NCBI GenBank assembly: GCA_963701965.1
Contig: OY969695.1
Span: forward strand, 2,400,001 to 2,464,000
From: an uncultured Gemmatimonadales bacterium
Lineage (GTDB): Bacteria > Gemmatimonadota > Gemmatimonadetes > Gemmatimonadales > Gemmatimonadaceae
Reading direction: 5' to 3'
DNA: 64,000 bases
Made by a program: the position numbers and the translations under genes. Each line of letters opens with the position of its first letter. Position 1 is the stretch's first letter. This document shows, piece by piece, positions 56,716 through 64,000 of this stretch. Below the pieces are notes generated by a model. The model did no database searches and was not told the DNA's origin. It was given only the letters and a program-made list of their open reading frames with translations.

Positions 56716-57064
56716 TCGTGTCGACGCCGACGCCGATGTAGCACGTCGCGCCGTTGCTCACGGCCGTGGCGTTCCACCCCCGCCCGGCGGCGATGCCCGT
56801 CCCGCCGATCGTGATGCGAATGTCGGCTGGCGCCCGATAGCCCGTGGTGTCCCCATCGGTCGCGTAGCGATTGTGCTTGGCAAAGAACGCATCCTGCGCA
56901 TCGCGCAGCCGTTCCAGCGCTTGCCGCGTATCGTACGCCGCCTGCTGCCGCCCCGCGCGGTTGAACCACGGCGCGGCGATGGCGACCAGGAGGCACACGA
57001 TGGCGATGATGAGGATGATCTCGAGCGCCGTCACGCCCCGGGGCCGCCGCGGATAGCGTCTCAC
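56669..57064 (-). CDS. Type IV pilin-like protein
   Basis: Basic leader then G|VTALEIILIIAIV prepilin motif with Glu+5; C-terminal Cys pair. Confidence 0.8.
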   Translation of the reverse strand: MRRYPRRPRGVTALEIILIIAIVCLLVAIAAPWFNRAGRQQAAYDTRQALERLRDAQDAFFAKHNRYATDGDTTGYRAPADIRITIGGTGIAAGRGWNATAVSNGATCYIGVGVDTIIGTVHTGDGRVVCP

Positions 57065-58452
57065 GTGAGCGGCAGCTTGACGCTGAAGACCGTCTCGCCC
57101 GGCACCGATCGACTGGTGATCGTGCCACCATGGCGACGGACGACGATCCGTTGCGCGATGTCGAGCCCCAGCCCCGTGCCTTTTCCCACGTCCTTCGTGG
57201 TGAAGAACGGCTCCCAGATCCGCTCCTGCAGCTCCTCGGGGATCCCCCGGCCATCGTCGATCACGTCGACCCGCACATCATGGTCGTCGCGACATCCGAT
57301 GATGGTGATGTGCCCCCCCATCTCCACGGCGTCGATCGCGTTGGAGATGAGATTCGCCCACACCTGGTTGATGTCGCTGACGTATACCGAGATCCGCGGC
57401 AGGTCGATCAGCTGGCGCGTCACGGTGATGTGCTTCTCGGAAAGCCGCGTACTGAAGATGGCGAGCGTGGCATCGATCCCCGCCCGGAGATCGACCGACT
57501 CCCGGGCGCTGGGCCGGTCCATCTGCGTGTACGCCTTGACGGCCGCCACCAGATCGGAGACTCGCGCCGCGGACTGCGACGCCTCGCGCAGGAGCACGTC
57601 CGACGCCAGGCCGGCCTCGAGCCAGCACAGCGCCGACTTCCGGGCACCCGGCGCGATCGCTTCCGACGCCCGCGACAGGTCGTTGCAGGTCACTCCCGCG
57701 GCCACGAACGTCGCGGCGCTCACCCATGGGTCCGGCACGCCCGCCTCTGTGAGCCACTTGGTCAGCGCCTCCTCCCGTTCACTGCGCGTGATCGGGTCCA
57801 GGACCGGCGGTTCGCGCTCGGCGACGCTGGTGCGGACGCCGTCGAGCCGCGAGAGCGAGCCCGCATCCACGCCCACGGCGACGACTTCAATGGTGAACCG
57901 GTGCACGGCATCGAGCCGTTCGCGCAGCTCTGTGGCCGCCTGCCGGACCGCGGACACCGGGTTGTTCAGCTCGTGCGCCATGCCCGCCGAAATGCGGCCG
58001 AGCAGCCGGAACCGCTCGTACTCGTGCTCGCGGCGCTCGCTGTCGCGCACCCGATCCGTCAGCAACCCGATCAACCGCGGTTCCAGTACCGGGATGCGGT
58101 GCAGCAGATCGCTGAACAGGCTCGCCGGGAACGAAGCGATGCGCACGTGCGTCAGCGCCCGGGCCCGCCCGTTGAACGTCTTCATGCGGGAGAACGGCAC
58201 GCGGCCGCTCACGTCGCCGGCGCGGACCATGAACGTGGGCGCGTCCGAGTCGCGGTCCGAGCGCCGGATCTCGACCGTGCCTTCCAGCGCGAAATACATC
58301 TCTTCCGCGGCGGCCCCGGGTTGAAACAGGATCGTGCCCGGCTCGAACGTATGGTCTACCGACCGTTCGGCGATCCAGTCGAGATCGTCGTCGGAGAGAT
58401 CGGCGAAGATGCCGATCACCCGCAGGTCGGACCCGACGAGCCCGGTACTCAC
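57061..58452 (-). CDS. cNMP-binding-domain histidine kinase
   Basis: IFADLSDDDL...GDVSG; AHELNNP, NQVWANLISNAIDA, PFFTTKDVGKGTGLGL. Confidence 0.9.
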   Translation of the reverse strand: MSTGLVGSDLRVIGIFADLSDDDLDWIAERSVDHTFEPGTILFQPGAAAEEMYFALEGTVEIRRSDRDSDAPTFMVRAGDVSGRVPFSRMKTFNGRARALTHVRIASFPASLFSDLLHRIPVLEPRLIGLLTDRVRDSERREHEYERFRLLGRISAGMAHELNNPVSAVRQAATELRERLDAVHRFTIEVVAVGVDAGSLSRLDGVRTSVAEREPPVLDPITRSEREEALTKWLTEAGVPDPWVSAATFVAAGVTCNDLSRASEAIAPGARKSALCWLEAGLASDVLLREASQSAARVSDLVAAVKAYTQMDRPSARESVDLRAGIDATLAIFSTRLSEKHITVTRQLIDLPRISVYVSDINQVWANLISNAIDAVEMGGHITIIGCRDDHDVRVDVIDDGRGIPEELQERIWEPFFTTKDVGKGTGLGLDIAQRIVVRRHGGTITSRSVPGETVFSVKLPLT

Positions 58453-58724
58453 GCGTCCACTTCCACCTGATCGACATAGCACCAACCCCAGCTCTCGCCC
58501 GGCTCGATCGACCGCATGATGGCGTGGTGTGTCGTCCCGAAGTGTTTGGTGGCGTGCTTGTTCTTCGAGGAATCACAGCAGCCCACGTGACCGCAGACGC
58601 GGCACAAGCGGAGATGCACCCACGTGTCGCCCATCTTGAGGCATTCCTCGCACCCTTTGGTGCGCGCCGGCACGTCGCGAATCTCTTGCGTGTGCCGACA
58701 GGTCGTCTCCCTGACCTGCGTCAT
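58449..58724 (-). CDS. UBP-type zinc finger protein
   Basis: CRH, CEEC, WVHLRLCRVCGHVGCCDSSKNKHATKH, WCYVD. Confidence 0.9.
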   Translation of the reverse strand: MTQVRETTCRHTQEIRDVPARTKGCEECLKMGDTWVHLRLCRVCGHVGCCDSSKNKHATKHFGTTHHAIMRSIEPGESWGWCYVDQVEVDA

Positions 58725-60175
58725 GACTTCGCCCCTTCCACCGCAAATGGCAGCCGCACCGTGAACCGGGTGACACCGGCCTCCGAGAACACCGCCACCG
58801 TCCCCTGGTGTCGCGTGACGATGCGTCGCACGATCTCGAGCCCGAGCCCCGTGCCCTTCCCTACTTCCTTCGTGGTGAAAAAAGTTTCAAAGAGCTTGGG
58901 CAGCGTCTCCAGCGGGATGCCCGGACCATCGTCCGAGATCTCGATCTGGGCGCACACCCCGTCGCGCAGGGTGCGGACCCGGATGGTGCCGCCGGGCTTG
59001 GCCCTGGCCTTGTCCGTCGAAATCGAGTCGATCGCGTTGTCGATCAGGTTCGTCCACACCTGATGCAACTCGCCGCCGAACGTGCGGATCTTGGGCATGG
59101 TGCGGTCGTAATCGCGCTCCACCTTGATGTTGGACCCCCGCAGCTTGTAGCCCAACATCGTGAGCGTGTTCTCGATCGCCATGTGCACATCGACGTTCTT
59201 GGGCGTCGTGCGGTCGGCGTGGGAGTATCCCTTGACGGCCATGACCAGCTCGGCGATGCGGGTCGTGCTCGACTGCACCTCGTCGAGGAGCTGGCGCAAT
59301 GTCTCCAGTCGCTCCGTCCAGTTGAGCGCGGCGCGCAACACGTCGGGCGCGATCCCGCCCGCCGCGGATTGGACCAGGTCCACCGTGAATCCCGCGCCCA
59401 CCATTCCGGCCGCGCAGGCCCAGGCGTCGGTTTCGGCGCCGTGCGACGTCAGCCAAGTCGCCAGCGCGTCCTCCCGGTCGCCGCGCGTCACCGGGTCCAT
59501 GGACTCGACCTCGCGGCGGCCGGCCTCCAACTTCGCCGGGTCGGCCTCGAGATCGTCCATGACGGTGAACGCCGCCTGCATCAATTTCCGCGTGTTGGGA
59601 TCCTTCGTCATCGCGCGCATGGCGTCCAACGTCTCTTCCGCCTGCATCGCCGCGCGGTGCGCCGCCGACGCGGGGTTGTTCAGCTCGTGGGCCAGCCCGG
59701 CGGCCATCGTCCCCAGGCCGGCCATCCGCTCGCGCTCCTGGAGCAGGGCGGTGGCCCGGCGCGTGCGCTCCACCAGCGTCTTGATCACGGTGGCGGCCAC
59801 GGTCGGGCAGGACGACATGAGAGCGCGGAACGTCGGCTCCGGGATCCGCACCAGCCGCGCCGGCGTCGCCGCGCGGGCCTTGTGCCACGATCGCGTTTGG
59901 GTGAGCACGGCGATGTCCCCGAAGAACGCGCCGGGCCCCAGACGATCGATGAGATCTTCGCCGTTCAGTTCCTTTGTGATGCTGACCTCGCCCTCGGCCA
60001 CGATCCAGACCGCGTCCAGCGTCGCGGCTTCGTCGTAGAGGACCTGGTCCTTCTCCAGCCGGAGCTCCGTGCTTTCGGCGATGACCCGATCCAATTCCGA
60101 TCCACTGCAGGACGCCAAAAGCGGCGACTGCCGGAGGATGGCAACGGTGAGGACTGACTCGGTCGATGTCTCCAT
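58721..60175 (-). CDS. cNMP-binding-domain histidine kinase
   Basis: GAFFGDIAVL; AHELNNP, QVWTNLIDNAID, FFTTKEVGKGTGLGL. Confidence 0.9.
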   Translation of the reverse strand: METSTESVLTVAILRQSPLLASCSGSELDRVIAESTELRLEKDQVLYDEAATLDAVWIVAEGEVSITKELNGEDLIDRLGPGAFFGDIAVLTQTRSWHKARAATPARLVRIPEPTFRALMSSCPTVAATVIKTLVERTRRATALLQERERMAGLGTMAAGLAHELNNPASAAHRAAMQAEETLDAMRAMTKDPNTRKLMQAAFTVMDDLEADPAKLEAGRREVESMDPVTRGDREDALATWLTSHGAETDAWACAAGMVGAGFTVDLVQSAAGGIAPDVLRAALNWTERLETLRQLLDEVQSSTTRIAELVMAVKGYSHADRTTPKNVDVHMAIENTLTMLGYKLRGSNIKVERDYDRTMPKIRTFGGELHQVWTNLIDNAIDSISTDKARAKPGGTIRVRTLRDGVCAQIEISDDGPGIPLETLPKLFETFFTTKEVGKGTGLGLEIVRRIVTRHQGTVAVFSEAGVTRFTVRLPFAVEGAKS

Positions 60176-61845
60176 TACGCCTGCGCCAAATATTGATGCG
60201 TGAACTGCACGGCGATCGACCCTTCACCGACCGCCGACGCCACACGCTTGATCGATTGATAGCGAACATCGCCCGCGCAGAAAATGCCGGGCACACTCGC
60301 CTCCAACAAGAACGGATCGCGGTCGAGCGGCCAGCCGGAGGGTCGCTTGCCGTTCACGACGAGATCGGGACCCGTGAGGATGAATCCGTTCTTGTCGCGG
60401 GTCACGACATCGTTGAGCCAGTCCGTCCGCGGCGCGGCGCCAATGAAGATGAAGAGCGACGACGTCTGACGGACTTGCCGCTGACCGTCGGCGCACTCAA
60501 CCGTGATGCAGTCCAGATGATCGTTGCCCGTCACTCCGACAATGCACGTGCGCGGCTCGACCCGGATATTGGGCGTCCCGGCGATCTGGTCGATCAAGTA
60601 CTGCGACATCGTGGCGCCCAGTCCGGGGCCCCGCACGAGAATGTTGACCTGCCGCGCGAACTGCGCCATGTAGACCGCGGCCTGCCCGGCGGAGTTGCCA
60701 CCGCCCACGATGAAGACTTCCTCGTCGCGGCAGGCGATCGCCTCAGCCGTCGACGCCCCATAGTACACACCGGCGCCCGTGAGGGCCTCGGCCCCCGGGA
60801 CCTCGAGCATACGATAGGAGACGCCGGTCGCGACGACCATCACGCGGGCCGACAGCTCGCTGCCGTCGCCCAGGGTGAGCACCCGATACTGTCCGTCGAT
60901 CCGTACATTGCGCACTTCCTGCGGGCTCAGGATCTCGGCGCCGAACCGGCGCGCCTGTGCGACGCCGCGTCGCGTGAGATCCGCGCCCGACAAACCGGCC
61001 GGGAACCCTAAATAGTTCTCGATACGCGAGCTAGTTCCCGCCTGCCCCCCGGGGGCCTCGCGCTCCACCAGGATCGTCTTGAGACCCTCCGACGCCCCGT
61101 ACACCGCCGCGGCCAGCCCGGCGGGGCCGGCGCCGACGACGGCCAGGTCGTAGAACGGCTTTTCGGCCCGCGTCTGCATGCCCACGCGCTGGGCGACCGT
61201 GATCGGGTCGGGATTGCCGATCTGCGTGCCATCGGAAAACAGCACGAGGGGCAGGCGCGGCCGCTCGCCATTGGCGGCCTGCGTCGCCCGCTCCACCAGC
61301 GCCGTGCCTTCGGTGCCGGCGTCGAGATCCACCCACTGGTAGGGGATCAGATTCCGGCCGAGAAATTCCCGCAGGGCGTGCGACTGCGGCGACCACCGGT
61401 TGCCCACGACGCGGAGCCCCTCGAACGCGGGCCGGTGCCCGGATTTCCAATCGTCGAGGAGATCCGTCAGGTACGGGTACAGATTCTCTTCGGGCGGATC
61501 CCAGGGCTTGATCAGATAGTAGTCGATCCGCGCCGTGTTGATGGCGCGGATCGCCGCATCCGTGTCCGCGTATGCCGTGAGCAACACCCGCTTGGCCTGC
61601 GGGTACAGCTGAATGGCCCGCTCCAGAAACTCGACCCCGGTCATCACCGGCATCCGCTGATCGACGAGCAACAGCGCCACAGGGTCGCCGCGGAGTGTCA
61701 GCTTCTCCAGCGCGTCGAGCGCCGCCGGCCCCGATTCCGCGCGCATGACGCGGAAATCGGCGCCGTACTTCCGTCGGAGATCACGCTCGACGGCCCGCGA
61801 GACCTCCGGATCGTCGTCGACTGTGAACAGGATGGGTTTGGCCAC
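60175..61845 (-). CDS. Receiver domain fused to thioredoxin-reductase-like FAD oxidoreductase
   Basis: VDDD, VDQRMP, LTAY, KPW; GAGPAG, SRIENYLGFP, GGGNSAGQ, AGDVR. Confidence 0.92.
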   Translation of the reverse strand: MAKPILFTVDDDPEVSRAVERDLRRKYGADFRVMRAESGPAALDALEKLTLRGDPVALLLVDQRMPVMTGVEFLERAIQLYPQAKRVLLTAYADTDAAIRAINTARIDYYLIKPWDPPEENLYPYLTDLLDDWKSGHRPAFEGLRVVGNRWSPQSHALREFLGRNLIPYQWVDLDAGTEGTALVERATQAANGERPRLPLVLFSDGTQIGNPDPITVAQRVGMQTRAEKPFYDLAVVGAGPAGLAAAVYGASEGLKTILVEREAPGGQAGTSSRIENYLGFPAGLSGADLTRRGVAQARRFGAEILSPQEVRNVRIDGQYRVLTLGDGSELSARVMVVATGVSYRMLEVPGAEALTGAGVYYGASTAEAIACRDEEVFIVGGGNSAGQAAVYMAQFARQVNILVRGPGLGATMSQYLIDQIAGTPNIRVEPRTCIVGVTGNDHLDCITVECADGQRQVRQTSSLFIFIGAAPRTDWLNDVVTRDKNGFILTGPDLVVNGKRPSGWPLDRDPFLLEASVPGIFCAGDVRYQSIKRVASAVGEGSIAVQFTHQYLAQA

Positions 61846-61865
61846 GCACTAAAGCTAACCTTGCC

Positions 61866-63242
61866 TTAAACAGCATCCGACAGGCTCGTGAAATTGAAGT
61901 CGTGTGCCTTGATGGCCGGCATGACGATGTCACCGCCCTGTTCCGTCCCAGCGAGCCGAACCGACGGACCCAGCGCCTCGGCATTCGCCATGAGAAACAG
62001 CGGGGACTCGTTGAACCGGAAGTTCTTGATCGACTTCGAGATCTTGCCGCCCTCGATCAGGAACGTCCCGTCACGGGTGAGGCCGGTAATGAGCAAAACG
62101 CGCGGGTCGACCATGCGCAAATACCACAAACGCGTCACGAGCACGCCGCGATCGGTGCCCTTGATCATGTCCTCGACCGATGTGTCGCCCCCGGACAACT
62201 TGAGCGGAGCGTTTCCGCCAAAGCCGCCGCCACCGAACGGGTTGCCACGGAACGGCTTCCCTTGTTTCTGCGCCCAGAACCGCGAGTAGGCGAGCTCTTT
62301 GAGGACGCCGTTCTCGATCCAGACCTGCCGGCCCAGCGGAAAACCGTTGTTATCAAACGGTTGCGAGAGCAGCTGCGGATCGGCGGGGTCCGAGAACAAC
62401 GTGATCTTGGGACTGGCCACGGTCTCGCCGACCTTGTTGCCCCCGCCCTGCTTGGCGAAGGGACTCCGCCCCTCGTCCGCCGTGCGCGCCTGCAGCCCAG
62501 CCGCGGTCAACTGCACGAGATCGCCGACGGCCTGCGGTTCGAGCACGACGGTGTAGCGTCCCGGCTCGATGGCCACGGGACTGCGCGAGGCCTGCGCCTT
62601 CTCCAGCGCCCGGGTGGCGATCGCCTGGAAGTCGAGTTTGGACCAGTCTTCATTGTCGGCGCCCGCCCACCCGGAGCCCGTCCCGTCCGCGGTCCGCACG
62701 GTGAGCGTGTAGTTCGCCGATGTCCGGCGGTGGTAAGCGGCGAGTCCCGCCTTGTTGCCATTGAGCACGGCGTGGCTGCCGGTGACGATGAATCCCGCGG
62801 CGGTGACGCCGGCCGTCTTGCGGGCGGGATCCAGCGCGACCAGCGCGGCGCGGGCCCGCTCGCCGGCGGTGAGATTGGCCGTGGACTCGAAAAAAGCACC
62901 CACGGGCCCGTACTGCTGGCCGCCCAACGCCGGCATGTTCTCCGGATCATTGGGCGCCAATCGGGCAATCGTCTCCGACTGGGCGACGGCGCGGGCGATG
63001 CCCTCATCGGAGAGATCGTTCGTGGAGACGACGGCGTGCTTGGGACCAAAGAAGCTCTCCACGGCCACGCTGGTGTCGCTGATCTCACCGGAGGTCGAGA
63101 GTTGATTGGCCGCGAACCGGGTGTTGCCCGTGACGGTCGACGTCACGGTGACATTGATCCCGTCCGCTTTGGATGCCTTGATCGCCCGTTCGACGATCCC
63201 CTGCATCTCGTCGCGTGAGAGAATCGAGAATGTGTCGCTCAC
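61866..63242 (-). CDS. TldE/PmbA-family protein
   Basis: TRFAANQ, EPGRYTVVLEP, TGLTRDG, NFRFNESP; no HExxH. Confidence 0.88.
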   Translation of the reverse strand: MSDTFSILSRDEMQGIVERAIKASKADGINVTVTSTVTGNTRFAANQLSTSGEISDTSVAVESFFGPKHAVVSTNDLSDEGIARAVAQSETIARLAPNDPENMPALGGQQYGPVGAFFESTANLTAGERARAALVALDPARKTAGVTAAGFIVTGSHAVLNGNKAGLAAYHRRTSANYTLTVRTADGTGSGWAGADNEDWSKLDFQAIATRALEKAQASRSPVAIEPGRYTVVLEPQAVGDLVQLTAAGLQARTADEGRSPFAKQGGGNKVGETVASPKITLFSDPADPQLLSQPFDNNGFPLGRQVWIENGVLKELAYSRFWAQKQGKPFRGNPFGGGGFGGNAPLKLSGGDTSVEDMIKGTDRGVLVTRLWYLRMVDPRVLLITGLTRDGTFLIEGGKISKSIKNFRFNESPLFLMANAEALGPSVRLAGTEQGGDIVMPAIKAHDFNFTSLSDAV

Positions 63243-64000
63243 GCCTTCCTCCCCGTATTGATGACGTTGACCTGTGAGAAGCGGGCCGGCACGCAGCCGT
63301 GGCTCACCGCGTTGGACTGGGGCGGCTGGCCTTTGCCATCGCCGAACGCGCCGCCGAGCAGGTAGCTGCGCTTGCCCCCGATCATGTTCATCGAGTTCCA
63401 GAAGTCAGGCGTGCGGAACTGGTACGCGACGTCCTTCAGCATACCGACGATCTTGCCTCCCTTGATCTCGTAGAACACCTGGCCGCTGAACTGCGCGTTG
63501 TAGCGCTGTTGGTCGATGGAGAACGATCCATCGCCCATGATCGCGATGCCGCGGTCGGTCGCCGCGATGAGATCCTCCCACACCAGATCTTTCTCGCCCG
63601 GTAGCAGCGAGACGTTGCACATCCGCTGGAACTGGACGTTCTGCCACCCCTGGGCATACGAACAGCCGTGCGAGCGCACGGGCCGACCGGTCTTGTCGTA
63701 CCACCATTTGAGCCAGTTGGCTTGCTCGCGGGTGGTCTGATAATCGTTGAACATGCCGTTCTTGATGATCAGGAAGGTCTCGGGCTTCACGCCTTCGTCG
63801 TCGTACCCGATCGTCGACAGTCCGCCTTCCTGCGACCGGTCGCCCTGGATGTTCATCATCGGGGGACCGTAGCGCAGCTGACCCAGCACTTTCTCCGGCG
63901 GCGCCACGAAGCTGGTGCCGGCGAAGTTGGCTTCGTACCCGTCGGCGCGGTCCAGCTCCGTGGGATGGCCGATCGATTCATGAATCGGCAGCCAGAGCGT
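63239..64000 (-). CDS. tldD: TldD metalloprotease (5' part outside the window)
   Basis: HESIGHPTELDR near 63950-63985, GYDDEG, QRMCNVSL, GKGQPPQ...VSHG. Confidence 0.9.
   Translation of the reverse strand, partial: TLWLPIHESIGHPTELDRADGYEANFAGTSFVAPPEKVLGQLRYGPPMMNIQGDRSQEGGLSTIGYDDEGVKPETFLIIKNGMFNDYQTTREQANWLKWWYDKTGRPVRSHGCSYAQGWQNVQFQRMCNVSLLPGEKDLVWEDLIAATDRGIAIMGDGSFSIDQQRYNAQFSGQVFYEIKGGKIVGMLKDVAYQFRTPDFWNSMNMIGGKRSYLLGGAFGDGKGQPPQSNAVSHGCVPARFSQVNVINTGRKA

Noticed and set aside
24914..63218. Many long overlapping or antisense ORFs (e.g. 25860..27716, 31997..34033, 53204..55210, 54489..56741, 56699..58324)
   Set aside because: Arg/Pro/Ala-rich shadow frames expected in high-GC DNA over genes with clear family motifs

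Overview
High-GC bacterial chromosomal window. Gene content and style suggest Gemmatimonadota, but this is inference only. The left end (1.5-14 kb) is an accessory region: an orphan VirD4/TraF pair, then a tRNA-Cys(GCA) gene on the minus strand. The tRNA's 5' half plus its promoter occurs three times, delimiting two tandem integrated segments of 6.6 kb and 1.2 kb. The larger segment holds a collapsed xis/tyrosine-integrase relic, an RHH gene, a TIGR04255-type three-gene cassette, a DUF2442 gene and an OLD-like ATPase-TOPRIM nuclease. The smaller holds only a frameshifted alpha/beta hydrolase. The rest is mostly core-like: envelope and efflux genes (GT39, DUF6600, TolC, MMPL, GT9, RND, glk), an amine/amino-acid catabolic cluster, an ECF sigma factor coupled to an HTH-less LexA/S24 peptidase, an ergothioneine locus (egtB-egtD-egtA, an ABC importer and a nearby EgtE-like lyase), a receiver-TrxR/cNMP-kinase/UBP-zinc-finger operon and tldD/tldE. 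The best leads are: (1) the ECF sigma/S24 autopeptidase pair, a possible RecA-triggered anti-sigma switch; (2) the tRNA 5'-half/promoter cassette array; (3) a GNA-triloop palindromic element inserted in frame in two unrelated proteins; (4) the candidate defence cassettes. All functional calls come from reading motifs by eye; no database searches were run.
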